Notes under the pieces: generated by a model
Told to the model about the DNA's origin: nothing
What the model saw: the letters and a program-made list of their open reading frames with translations, nothing else
Database searches by the model: none
Shown: positions 1 to 9,336 of the stretch, piece after piece
Layout of the letters: every line of letters begins with the position of its first letter
Position numbering within the stretch: position 1 is the first letter of the stretch
NCBI GenBank assembly: GCA_040755455.1
Contig: JBFMAY010000053.1
Location: forward strand, 1 to 21,754
Direction of reading: 5' to 3'
Length of the DNA: 21,754 nucleotides
Source of the DNA: Thermodesulfobacteriota bacterium
Lineage (GTDB): Bacteria > Desulfobacterota > Desulfobulbia > Desulfobulbales > SURF-16
Position numbers and translations under genes: made by a program

Positions 1-50
1 TTCTTTTCCTGGATCTCCTGCCAGGTTGGTCTGACTTCTTTTTTCTCCAT
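1..50 (-). CDS. 5' end of a hypothetical protein running off the window (MEKKEVRPTWQEIQEK...)
   Basis: Minus-strand ATG at 50, preceded by purine-rich GGGGAAAAGACG and 20 bp after the stop of the 71..790 gene; the frame is open to the window edge. Confidence 0.55.
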   Translation of the reverse strand, partial: MEKKEVRPTWQEIQEK

Positions 51-70
51 CGTCTTTTCCCCCACGTGAG

Positions 71-790
71 TTATGCGGAAATACGCTTCGCGTTTCGCTT
101 GAGTCGGCGCCGGTGCCAGAGATCAAGGAAATACACCGACCCATACGGAAAAATGGCTGCCACCATCATGAGCATGGCGGTCTCGGCGGCCACCGGCAGC
201 AGATGCGGCTTGATCTCGAAGAACCCGTAATATATTTTCTCCGCCCTGGACCCACAGTGAGCGGCCACCTTCCAGATATTTTCCGGCGTGCTGGCCCGAA
301 ACAGGATGAGATACACCACATAAACCAGAAATGCCTTGAGCAGCAGTGACATGGCCCGGCCCATGAGCAGCGAGTTGATTGCCTTGCGGGTGATGTTGCC
401 GACATAGTAGCGGCTGATGTAGCTGCACATCGCGGTGTTGATGATCAGGGCGAGATAGGGGATGGCCCCGAACAGGATATGGGTCACGGTATCGAGTCGC
501 TGGAAGACAAAGGGAAAGAGATAGAAATGAAAGACCGGAAAGAGCAGCACCAGGGCCAGCCCCTCGTGAAAGCCGCTTTTCATGCCGATCTTGAAAAAAT
601 CCAGGGTCTGTTCCAGGGTGAGGAATTCAGCCGGGATATTCTGGCCCTTGCTCTCGATCACATAAAACTGCTGGATCTCTGAGATGGCGCTGAGCAGGTC
701 CTTTGGCTTATAGATCCTGCCATTATCAGTGGTGATGATCTGGGCATTGGTATCGCTTGTTCCCTTGCTGCTGTCCCGCCCCCGTGCCAT
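71..790 (-). CDS. Hypothetical integral membrane protein (about 4 TM segments)
   Basis: 239-aa ORF with hydrophobic segments (LALVLLFPVFHFYLFPFVF, ILFGAIPYLALIIN, LLLKAFLVYVVYLILF, AMLMMVAAIFPYGSVYFL) and a basic C-terminal tail; no function recognised. Confidence 0.75.
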   Translation of the reverse strand: MARGRDSSKGTSDTNAQIITTDNGRIYKPKDLLSAISEIQQFYVIESKGQNIPAEFLTLEQTLDFFKIGMKSGFHEGLALVLLFPVFHFYLFPFVFQRLDTVTHILFGAIPYLALIINTAMCSYISRYYVGNITRKAINSLLMGRAMSLLLKAFLVYVVYLILFRASTPENIWKVAAHCGSRAEKIYYGFFEIKPHLLPVAAETAMLMMVAAIFPYGSVYFLDLWHRRRLKRNAKRISA

Positions 791-921
791 TTATGTCTCA
801 TGTCATGCTTGTGGAAAGTGATTCATGAACAACCCACTTGCTTTTTCCGGCAGGGATGACGTTTCTCGAAAGAAACCCTTAACGCATATTTAACAGAGGG
901 TTGAAAAATCGACATACTAAA

Positions 922-1379
922 GAGCCTCTTGCAAAATGAACGGTTTGTAAATTGTGGTCAAATTGTCCTGTCGATTTTTGTCTTGCCAATGGGACAGGCT
1001 TGCCTTTTCAATGCTCACTTTGCCGTTTTTTTTGTGAATCTTCTGCCAGGGCGGGCACACCTCTCCCGCAGTATAACATTTTTTGATCTTTGACAACCTA
1101 ACCGATTAGGCGCAGGAGCTGATCCGCAAACAATGCAATAACCCCAAACATCAGGTGCTGGGTTACCTTGCTGTGCCCTTTGACCATGTCCCGCTTCTTG
1201 AAACATACCGCTCAATCTGGATAATCTCCAGAATTGAAACCAGACTCTCTTTCTGGACGGTAAGCGGCGTTGTCAAACATTGGTTCTGATGAGGAAACAG
1301 AGTTCTTTGGACACAACCCATCAACCATGATATCTTGTCGGGGAGCTTTATTGGTACTTGGTACGTTACCAAGAGGCCC
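922..1379 (-). mobile_element. Internally deleted insertion sequence remnant (DDE transposase, IS5/IS1182-like; family unverified)
   Basis: The minus strand encodes a transposase-like N-terminus (KISWLMGCVQRTLFPHQNQCLTTPLTVQKESLVSILEIIQIERYV) joined out of frame to a transposase-like C-terminus (1187..1098, MVKGHSKVTQHLMFGVIALFADQLLRLIG*). Imperfect inverted ends: GAGCCTCTTGCAAAA at 922-936 and TTACCAAGAGGCCC at 1366-1379. Protein similarity is recalled from deltaproteobacterial transposases, not searched. Confidence 0.7.
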
Positions 1380-1552
1380 AGGAAAAACGGGCGGAGCAAT
1401 TAAAGTTGTTTTGATCATATATTTGGGTAAACCGACCTTGCCCCCAAGGGGCAAGGCAATGTAATCCCCTTTTGGGGTAACCAAAGCCGGGCACTCAGCG
1501 CCCGGATTCTTTACTCAGGGCTTAAAATCATTCAATCAAAAGGAGGTTTGCG

Positions 1553-2212
1553 ATGGAAAAAGAACCAGGAGGAGCAATCTTGCAGCGCGATAAAAAGACT
1601 TATGCAATTGTACCCCGAACTCCGACCGGAATTATTTCGCCTGAAATACTTGAGGGATTGGCGCAAGTGGTACGCAAGCATAATATACCGGTCACAAAGA
1701 TCACTTCCGGGCAACGGCTTGCGCTGGTCGGCATTAAAGAAGAAGACATTGATACTGTCTGGCAAGAACTCAAAATGGATGTCGGGCGGGCCATCGAACT
1801 ATGTCTGCATTATGTGCAGGCCTGCCCAGGGACGGCCGTCTGTAAATTTGGACAGCAGGATTCTCTTGGGCTGGGTCTTGAGATAGAAAATTTTTTTTAT
1901 GATTATGAATTGCCTGCCAAGGTTAAAATCGGTGTATCCGGTTGCCCTTTCTGCTGTGGAGAAAGTCACGTGCGTGATATTGGCGTGATTGGGAAGAAAA
2001 AGGGATGGACCGTCACATTTGGGGGCAATTCCGGGGGTAGGCCAAGATTCGCTGATGTCTTGGCTGAGGATATCGGAAAGGAAGAAGTAATCGAACTGAT
2101 AAAAAAGAGCCTGGATTATTACAGAGACAACGGTAAAAGAAGAGAGCGCACCGCAAGATTTATTGAGCGGACCGGCATAGAAGAGATGAGAAAACAGCTT
2201 GGTATTTCATAG
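1553..2212 (+). CDS. Short nitrite/sulfite reductase domain protein (NirB C-terminal-like: ferredoxin-like half-domain plus NIR_SIR 4Fe-4S domain)
   Basis: RBS AAGGAGG; motifs QRDKKTYAIVPR, KITSGQR, CPGTAVCKFG (CX5C) and KIGVSGCPFCC (CX3C), typical of the siroheme/[4Fe-4S] binding domain. Confidence 0.88.
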   Translation: MEKEPGGAILQRDKKTYAIVPRTPTGIISPEILEGLAQVVRKHNIPVTKITSGQRLALVGIKEEDIDTVWQELKMDVGRAIELCLHYVQACPGTAVCKFGQQDSLGLGLEIENFFYDYELPAKVKIGVSGCPFCCGESHVRDIGVIGKKKGWTVTFGGNSGGRPRFADVLAEDIGKEEVIELIKKSLDYYRDNGKRRERTARFIERTGIEEMRKQLGIS

Positions 2213-2290
2213 AGTACGCCGATTTAAAAACTGATGCCACCAAGGCTCTGACGGGAAAGGGTGAAAATTGAAGTAAAAAACGAGCTGACA

Positions 2291-2343
2291 TGTCACCGCC
2301 GACATAAAACGGACCCATTTGCAATAATCAAATGGACCCACCT
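2291..2343 (+). mobile_element. Isolated IS21-family-like terminal sequence (no istA/istB)
   Basis: Begins TGTCACCGCCGAC and carries tandem subterminal repeats AAACGGACCCATTT and AAATGGACCCACCT (weaker third copy GGTGGACCCCTT near 2357), matching the TGT start plus repeated-motif layout of IS21 ends. Confidence 0.55.
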
Positions 2344-2450
2344 TCATGTTGTCTAAGGTGGACCCCTTCGTCAAGACAAATACAAAAGCGTTCGCGAAAA
2401 TCGGTGGTTAAGTAAAATCCAAGTCATTATGCAAAAAAGCTCTAAAGTTA

Positions 2451-4856
2451 ATGAAATTGATAAATAATATACATCTAGCACATAACAAGGTGATACTGAT
2501 TGGAATCATGCTGAGTGCAATCTTTTGGATTATTGAGGCTGCCATGCATGTTTATATCTTCCATGACGGCACCTTTTTACAACAACTTCTGAGCCCGGAA
2601 ACACATGAAGCCTGGATGCGCCTAATAGTAGTGGGTATGTTCATTGCGTTTAGCATGTATGTGGAATCCATCATCAATGTTCGCAGGCGGGCTGAGGAGG
2701 CAACCAGGCAGGCATATTCGGAACTCAATCAGGTTCTTGACACTGCAGCTGACGGCATGCGTCTGGTTGATAAAGACTTCAATATTCTCCGGGTTAACGA
2801 GACATTCTCGGTTCTATCCGGCATAGGCAAGGATGAAGCAACAGGGAAAAAGTGCCATGAAGTCTTTCGCGGGCCTTTGTGTCATTCTCCAGCCTGCCCG
2901 CTGACCCGTATTCTCCAGGGGGAAGAGCGCGTTGAATGCGATGTTGAAAAAGAACGATGTGATGGCACCACCGTACCGTGTATTCTGACAGCAACCCCGT
3001 TTCTAACCAACGACGGGAGACTTATTGGTATAGTAGAGGATTTTAAAGACATTACTGACCGGAAACGGATGGAGGCAGCCATGCGTGAGAGCGAAAGGCA
3101 AAAACAGATTATTCTGGATGCCTCAGTTGATGTGATTGTGCAGGTTGATACGGAGATGAGGATAGTATGGGCAAATAAGACGGCTGGGTCGATTGTTAAC
3201 ATAAACCCAGAGAATCTCATAGGGCATACTTGTCATAAAGTATATCAAAACTCCGACACTCCCTGCCCTGATTGTCCATGCAAAAAGGCGTTGGAAAGCG
3301 GACAGATTGAGCACGGCATCAAATATCAGCCAGCAATGAACGTTGTTGGGGAATCCTACTGGGAGGATTATGGAGTACCGCTCAAAAATGAATCAGGTGA
3401 GGTGGTTGGACTCATTGAGATAGCCAGAAATGTTACGGAAAAAATGAAGGCTGAAAAGGCCCTGCGCGAGAGTGAGGAAAAACTGGCGGGAATCGTTGAT
3501 TCGATAACCGATCTTATGATCATGGTGGACGAGCATTTTAATATTTTATGGGCAAATGACCATGCAGTCAATTTCTGCACCAGGGACTTGGTCGGCGGGA
3601 AGTGCTATACCGCTTACCATAAAAAGAATGCAACTTGCGCATCATGCATCGTGAAGGAATGTTTTACAGACGGCGAAGTCCATGAATTTCAGACGGAGAT
3701 CGTGGGGGCAGACGGGAAAATGCGCGTCTTCTGGGGTACGGCGAGTGTGGCTGCGCGTTATGAGGACGGCAGTCCCATGGCGGTGGTAGAATATCTCCGC
3801 GATATCACTGATCGTATACAGGCAGAAAGAGACATTAAGCTTCTCAAACAAAAAATGGAGTTTATCCTTGGAGCCACAAAAACCGGTCTCGATATTATTG
3901 ATTCACAGTTTAACATTCGATACATCGATCCGGAATGGGAAAAGTTTTACGGCGATCACACAGGGAAAAAGTGTTATGAATATTTTATGGGACGAAACGA
4001 GATATGCCCTGGTTGTGGAATTCCCGAGGCCTTGAAAACAAAAGCCATTACCGTCACCGAAGAAATCCTGGTCAAGGAGAACAACAGGCCGGTTCAGGTT
4101 ACTACCATACCGTTCCAGGATGAAAAAGGAGAATGGCTGGTAGCTGAAGTCAATGTTGACATAACGGAACGTAAGGCAGCGGAGAAGCGCCTTGCCAAAC
4201 AAACGGCCGAATTGCAGCATCTTTCTCTCCGTCTTGTCGAGACGGAGGAGTCCAACCGCAGGTCTATCACCCGTGAACTGCATGACAAGCTGGGCCAGCA
4301 GCTTACCGCCCTGGCTATCAATCTTCATATCATGGGGAAAAGTGCCCTGCGTGCCCAGGATCCCTCCCTGAATAGGCGTTTGTCCGACTCCCTTGTTTTG
4401 TTGGATGAGATGACCGGACATGTGCGGGACATCATGGCGGAACTCCGGCCGCCGGTGCTGGATGACTACGGCCTCGACGCTACTTTGCGGTGGTATGGGA
4501 ACCTTTTTTCTCAGCGGACAGGGATAAAGGTGGAGGTGTTTGCTCATGATCTGCCACGATTTTCCATGGCAATAGAACTGGCCCTTTTCCGGGTCGCCCA
4601 GGAGGCTTTGATCAATGTGGCGAAACACTCCGGGGCACAAGAGGTGGAAATTCATTGCCTTGTTGACCAGGGAATCCTCCAACTGGAGATAACAGACAAC
4701 GGCAAAGGGATTACCCCGCCGGCGGACAATGGAGATGGCGGGTCAGGCATGGGCCTTATATCCATGCGGGAAAGGATGAGAGCCTTCGGCGGCAGCCTGC
4801 GAATCGAATCCTTTCCCGGTGGGGGTGTCAGCGTTGTGGCGGAGGTGAGGCTATGA
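2451..4856 (+). CDS. Membrane-anchored multi-PAS sensor histidine kinase, HisKA_3 (NarX/UhpB-type)
   Basis: Two N-terminal TM helices; four PAS/PAC domains ending in DIT/NVT motifs; H-box RELHDKLGQQL; ELRPPVLDDYGL; N-box QEALINVAKHS; G-boxes DNGKG and GMGLISMRER. Confidence 0.95.
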   Translation: MKLINNIHLAHNKVILIGIMLSAIFWIIEAAMHVYIFHDGTFLQQLLSPETHEAWMRLIVVGMFIAFSMYVESIINVRRRAEEATRQAYSELNQVLDTAADGMRLVDKDFNILRVNETFSVLSGIGKDEATGKKCHEVFRGPLCHSPACPLTRILQGEERVECDVEKERCDGTTVPCILTATPFLTNDGRLIGIVEDFKDITDRKRMEAAMRESERQKQIILDASVDVIVQVDTEMRIVWANKTAGSIVNINPENLIGHTCHKVYQNSDTPCPDCPCKKALESGQIEHGIKYQPAMNVVGESYWEDYGVPLKNESGEVVGLIEIARNVTEKMKAEKALRESEEKLAGIVDSITDLMIMVDEHFNILWANDHAVNFCTRDLVGGKCYTAYHKKNATCASCIVKECFTDGEVHEFQTEIVGADGKMRVFWGTASVAARYEDGSPMAVVEYLRDITDRIQAERDIKLLKQKMEFILGATKTGLDIIDSQFNIRYIDPEWEKFYGDHTGKKCYEYFMGRNEICPGCGIPEALKTKAITVTEEILVKENNRPVQVTTIPFQDEKGEWLVAEVNVDITERKAAEKRLAKQTAELQHLSLRLVETEESNRRSITRELHDKLGQQLTALAINLHIMGKSALRAQDPSLNRRLSDSLVLLDEMTGHVRDIMAELRPPVLDDYGLDATLRWYGNLFSQRTGIKVEVFAHDLPRFSMAIELALFRVAQEALINVAKHSGAQEVEIHCLVDQGILQLEITDNGKGITPPADNGDGGSGMGLISMRERMRAFGGSLRIESFPGGGVSVVAEVRL

Positions 4857-5494
4857 CGGTGCGCATTGCTATCGTTGATGACCATCCCATTGTTAGGGAG
4901 GGCTTGCGCCGTCTTCTCGGTGATATCACCGAGTTCGCAGTGGTGGCTGAGGCGGCAAACGGCATTGACGCCCTGAAGATGGCCGAGGTGCACCAACCTG
5001 ACGTGATCATCATGGATATTGCGATACCAGGTCTGGGCGGCATTGAGGCCACCAGTGAAATACTGAGATGCTGGCCCCAGATCAGGGTGGTGATTTTATC
5101 CGTCCACTCGACCTGCGAGCATGTGTACCATGCTCTGGCCGCTGGAGCCAGGGGGTATGTGCTGAAGGAGTCCATCGGCACGGAGTTGGTGGACGCCATC
5201 CGGGCCGCCCTATGCAATAAGCGGTATCTAAGCAGGAAAATCGATGAAAACGGCCTCGCTGATTTTGTCCTCTCCGGCAAGAAGTCCCCGCTGGAACGCC
5301 TGAGCAGACGGGAACGACAGGTTCTGCATCTTGTCGTTGAAGGCGCTTCCAGCGCCGCCATTGCAGAAAAGCTCTTCCTTTCCCCCAAGACAGTCGAAAC
5401 ATACCGGAGCCGCATCATGCAGAAGCTCGGAGTCCGGGATATCACCGCGCTGGTAAAATTTGCCGTTCAGCACGGAATCATCCCCCTTGGGTAG
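4853..5494 (+). CDS. NarL/FixJ-family response regulator (REC + LuxR HTH)
   Basis: IAIVDDHPIVREG, phospho-acceptor DVIIMDIAIP, HTH LSRRERQVL...IAEKLFLSPKTVETYRSRIMQKL; ATGA overlap with the kinase stop. Confidence 0.96.
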   Translation: MTVRIAIVDDHPIVREGLRRLLGDITEFAVVAEAANGIDALKMAEVHQPDVIIMDIAIPGLGGIEATSEILRCWPQIRVVILSVHSTCEHVYHALAAGARGYVLKESIGTELVDAIRAALCNKRYLSRKIDENGLADFVLSGKKSPLERLSRRERQVLHLVVEGASSAAIAEKLFLSPKTVETYRSRIMQKLGVRDITALVKFAVQHGIIPLG

Positions 5495-5761
5495 CTTTTC
5501 TCCCAAGTCCTCTGTAGGTCCCTCCCTAAAAAAAATTGGTAATGGTAATTTTTCAAGGTTTCCCTACATACAGGAGAGGTGTCCTCTGTTTTAATTTAAT
5601 TATGGAAGGGGTAATTTAAAATCCAGCAAAGAAAGGTGAGTATGGAACTGGAGAATAGTGCTCTTTCGAAACAGCCCTTTTATTTTCGGCTCTCGGGCAT
5701 TATTTTAATTCAGTTTTTCACACTTGCCTTTCTTTTGCTGGTGGCTCTGTTGGCTGATATT
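5093..5761 (+). repeat. Intact copy of a ~670-bp duplicated segment (regulator 3' part, intergenic region, kinase 5' end)
   Basis: Colinear with 11702..12380, sharing for example GTGCTGAAGGAGTCCATCGGCA, TTTTTCAAGGTTTCCCTACATACAGG and CCTTTCTTTTGCTGGTG. Confidence 0.95.
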
Positions 5762-7936
5762 CGGCACGGACGGGAAAGTGTTCGCGATTTGGCCGTGTCG
5801 GTAGCGAGGGCCACTGTCAGGGAAGAGATGCTGTTCAGAAATTTTTTTTGCGCAACTTCCCTCTACCATAAAGTCTCGAAGGACTTCACCCCGGGCATAG
5901 CCGAGGTCCGGCAAAACGACAGGGATATCATCGCCCCTGACGGCACCATTTATACCGCGATCAGTCCCTTGCGCCTGATGGACGTTGTGCATCAGGCAAC
6001 TTCCGGCGGAAGGCATATTCGGACGGCCATCAAGACATTCCAGCCCTTGGACGCCCGGGAGATACCGGACGAATGGGAAAAAGCGGCCCTGGCGGACCTC
6101 CGGGCAGGGAAAAGCGAGGTAAGCGAGTTTGTCGCGCAGGAAGGGGAATCAGTCCTGCGCTTCATGTCCCCTGTCATTGCCACCCCCGGCTGCGTGGCAA
6201 GGCGGCCCGGCACGACCCTGAAAGAGGGCGACCTGCTGGGCGGCATCAGCGTCCTGGTGCCCATGGGCCTGTTCAAGAAGCAGTGGGTTGCCCACGATCG
6301 ATCTGCCATTGCCTTCCATTGCCTTCTCATGCTTCTCGCCATGGCCTGCCTCGGCTGGTGCTTCGTGATGCTGCACAGGCGCGACGCCGCCCTGTATAAG
6401 TCACAGCGGGAAATGCAGAAGGCAAAAAATCAGCTTGAAAAGACCTTTGATGCCATCGGGGATATTATCACCATCCAGAACCATGACATGCGGATTAACC
6501 GGATCAACCGGGCCGGCTGCGCAGTCATCGGCGCAAGCGAGCAGGATCTTATCGGCAAATATTGCTATGAGGTTTTCCGGGGAGTCCCGAATCCCTGCCC
6601 GGAATGTCCGGGGACACATGCCTTTGCTGAAAAGAAATTATTTACTACCAGGATAGAGCATGAAAACCTCCGCAAGACCTTTGTTGTTTCCGCGACGCCC
6701 ATTGTCGGCGACAACGGCGAGGTGGAAGGGATCGTTCATTATGCCAGGGATATCACCGAAAATCTGAATCTCGAACGGCAGTTGCGCCAGGCGCAGAAGA
6801 TGGAGTCCCTCGGCACCCTGGCCGGCGGCATCGCCCATGACTTCAACAATATCCTTAGTGCTGTTCTCGGCTACACCGAACTGGCCAAGGGCCGCGTGCC
6901 GCCGGAATCGCCTGTGGCCAAGGACCTGGCAGAGGTTCTTAAGGCCTGCCAGCGGGCCATTGAGCTGATCAGGCAGATTCTCACCTTCAGCCGTCAGCGC
7001 GAGCAGGAGTATTTGCCTCTCAAGGTGCAAAGCATCGCCAAGGAGGCCCTCAAACTGCTGCGGTCCTGCATCCCCGCCAATATCGAGATGCAGCAGAGAA
7101 TTGACGACAGCTGCGGCCATGTCATTGCCGATCCTTCCCAGATTCACCAGGTGGTGATGAATCTCTGCACCAATGCCTACCACGCCATGCGGGACAAAGG
7201 CGGCATACTGGAGGTCAGCCTCGAACCATTCGAGCTGACGGATCTGGACGTGCGGAATAAAATTGTCCTGGCCCCCGGCCATTATCTGCGACTGACGGTG
7301 AGCGATACCGGTACCGGCATGGAACCGGCCACGCTGGAGAGGATCTTCGACCCCTATTTCACCACCAAGGGCAAGGGCGGGGGGACCGGTCTCGGCCTTT
7401 CGGTGGTGCACGGCATCGTCGAGGGGATGGGCGGCACAATCACCGTCTACAGCGAGGTCGGCCGCGGCACGACCTTCCATGTCTATCTGCCGGCGGTCGA
7501 GACTGACGCCGTGATGAACATCGAGACGGTCAGCTCCGTCCAGATCCCGTCCGGCAGTGAACGGATTCTGGTTGTCGATGACGAGGAGAGCGTGGTCACC
7601 GTCGAAAAAAGAATTCTTGAAAGCCTTGGTTACCAGGTGGTGTCCTTCACCGATTCCGCCAAGGCCAGGGACGCCTTTATTGCCGCGCCGCAGCTGTTCG
7701 ATCTGCTGCTCACCGATATGTCTATGCCGGGGGTGACAGGCGAGGAACTGGTTGCGGCGCTCAAGGCGATACGGCCCGACCTGCCTGTACTCATGTGCAC
7801 TGGCTTCAGCGAACGAATGAATGATGCAAAGGCAAGGGAACTGGGGATCGGCAGACTCGTGATGAAGCCGATGACCTTCATAGATCTGGCCCGGGCGGTA
7901 CGGGCAATGCTTGATAAAAAGGAGGAGCAGGAATGA
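5642..7936 (+). CDS. Hybrid sensor histidine kinase: TM, periplasmic DUF3365 (Tll0287-like) domain, TM, PAS, HisKA, HATPase, REC
   Basis: Periplasmic motifs [25 protein letters not shown]-box [22 protein letters not shown]; receiver ILVVDDE...[12 protein letters not shown] 5642 is preferred over GTG 5636 from the RBS (GAAAGG) spacing. Confidence 0.93.
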   Translation: MELENSALSKQPFYFRLSGIILIQFFTLAFLLLVALLADIRHGRESVRDLAVSVARATVREEMLFRNFFCATSLYHKVSKDFTPGIAEVRQNDRDIIAPDGTIYTAISPLRLMDVVHQATSGGRHIRTAIKTFQPLDAREIPDEWEKAALADLRAGKSEVSEFVAQEGESVLRFMSPVIATPGCVARRPGTTLKEGDLLGGISVLVPMGLFKKQWVAHDRSAIAFHCLLMLLAMACLGWCFVMLHRRDAALYKSQREMQKAKNQLEKTFDAIGDIITIQNHDMRINRINRAGCAVIGASEQDLIGKYCYEVFRGVPNPCPECPGTHAFAEKKLFTTRIEHENLRKTFVVSATPIVGDNGEVEGIVHYARDITENLNLERQLRQAQKMESLGTLAGGIAHDFNNILSAVLGYTELAKGRVPPESPVAKDLAEVLKACQRAIELIRQILTFSRQREQEYLPLKVQSIAKEALKLLRSCIPANIEMQQRIDDSCGHVIADPSQIHQVVMNLCTNAYHAMRDKGGILEVSLEPFELTDLDVRNKIVLAPGHYLRLTVSDTGTGMEPATLERIFDPYFTTKGKGGGTGLGLSVVHGIVEGMGGTITVYSEVGRGTTFHVYLPAVETDAVMNIETVSSVQIPSGSERILVVDDEESVVTVEKRILESLGYQVVSFTDSAKARDAFIAAPQLFDLLLTDMSMPGVTGEELVAALKAIRPDLPVLMCTGFSERMNDAKARELGIGRLVMKPMTFIDLARAVRAMLDKKEEQE

Positions 7937-8145
7937 GCAAAGAATGTGAATTAATTTCCAAGTGTGGCTTTTTTAAAAAATATCAATCAGCAAAGGTGCT
8001 TGCTTGTAAAGGCTTTATTTTAAATTATTGCAAGGGTTCTCAAATGAATCAGTGCAAGCGGAAAGAATACCGTCAAAAACATGGCAGCCCTCCTTCTGAT
8101 GACATGATGCCTACCGGGCAAATGATAGCGGGTACCAAAATTTAG
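7933..8145 (+). CDS. Small Cys-rich hypothetical protein (70 aa, 5 Cys)
   Basis: ATGA overlap with the upstream kinase stop, RBS GGAGGAG, fills the gap before the next gene; pattern CX5C...CX7CX7C...PPSDDMMPTG. Confidence 0.8.
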   Translation: MSKECELISKCGFFKKYQSAKVLACKGFILNYCKGSQMNQCKRKEYRQKHGSPPSDDMMPTGQMIAGTKI

Positions 8146-8169
8146 GCACATTGATAATCCCAACTTGAT

Positions 8170-9336
8170 ATGCGCTTGTTTGTAATGATATTTTTTGCTT
8201 TCTGGTTGTTTCAGCCTTTTTTTTCTTTTGTCGCCAAACCGGTTGAAGCAGCAGGGCAGGGGGTATCCGCCAGCGGAATACTGGTCGGTACCTCTGTGCC
8301 GCTCACGGGCCACGCATCCTACCTGGGTCTCGGTATCGTCACCGGCATGAATGCCTATTTCAAGCACGTCAACAGTCAGGGCGGCATTCATGGCCGCCCA
8401 ATCAAGTGCGTGCCCTACGACGATGACTACAACCCGCCCCTCATGATCAGCAATGTGCGGCGCCTGATTGACAAAGACCGGGTTTTCGCCCTTATCGGTC
8501 TGGTCGGCACCCCCACCACCCTGACCATCGTCGAGCAGTGCGAGCAACAGAAAATTCCCCTGCTTTTTCCATTTACCGGCGCAATTGAACTCCGGCAACC
8601 TGTTAAAAAATACGTTTTGAATCTGCGTCCCAGTTACTGGGATGAGGGGGCGGCGGCGGTGGATTATTTCATCAAACAGGGGAAGAGGTGTATTGCCGTG
8701 TTTTACCAGAATGACGCTTACGGCCTTAACGGGCGCAACGGGGTTGAACGCCGCCTGATCAAATATGACCTTGGTCTGGCGGCGGAGGCTTCCTATATTC
8801 GCGGGGTGTCGGATGTGAAGACCCAGGTGCAGGAAATAAAAAAATGTAATCCTGATGTTGTTGTCATGATTGGCACTGCCGATCCCTGCGCGGCATTTAT
8901 CGTGGAGGCGCTCAGGCAGGGGATGCAAGACGTTTTGTTTTCCAATGTCTCTTTTGTGGGGGCTCATGAGCTGGCAAAACGTTTATCCGACTGCAGGGCC
9001 GGGGTGTTCGTTACCCAGGTGTTTCCCTCCATAGCTGATACCTCTTTACCGGCTGTCAGGGAATACCGGCAGCTCATGCAGTCATTTTTCCCGGCCACTC
9101 AGCCCGATCAGGTTTCCCTTGAAGGGTTTTTAAATGCCAAGCTTTTTGTCGAGGCCCTGCAAAGGAGCGACGTTGATCCTAACAGGGAATCGCTTGTCAA
9201 AACCATTGAAGAGATGCATGAATTCGATATCGGCATCGGGGAAAAGGTCAATTTCAGCCGGATTGATCACCAGGGACTGGATAAGATCTATATCACCAGG
9301 ATAATTGATGGAAAAATCATTTATCTCCAGGATTAA
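8170..9336 (+). CDS. Periplasmic substrate-binding protein, LivJ/LivK-like (Peripla_BP_6)
   Basis: Signal peptide ending PVEA; motifs GTSVPLTG, GGIHGRPI, DDDYNP, GLVGTPT, FYQNDAYG, SLEGF. Confidence 0.92.
   Translation: MRLFVMIFFAFWLFQPFFSFVAKPVEAAGQGVSASGILVGTSVPLTGHASYLGLGIVTGMNAYFKHVNSQGGIHGRPIKCVPYDDDYNPPLMISNVRRLIDKDRVFALIGLVGTPTTLTIVEQCEQQKIPLLFPFTGAIELRQPVKKYVLNLRPSYWDEGAAAVDYFIKQGKRCIAVFYQNDAYGLNGRNGVERRLIKYDLGLAAEASYIRGVSDVKTQVQEIKKCNPDVVVMIGTADPCAAFIVEALRQGMQDVLFSNVSFVGAHELAKRLSDCRAGVFVTQVFPSIADTSLPAVREYRQLMQSFFPATQPDQVSLEGFLNAKLFVEALQRSDVDPNRESLVKTIEEMHEFDIGIGEKVNFSRIDHQGLDKIYITRIIDGKIIYLQD

Noticed and set aside
1015..1484. Short ORFs 1015-1215, 1212-1484 and 1270-1464 as small proteins
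   Set aside because: They are alternative frames across the IS remnant and the leader region, with no RBS or motif support.
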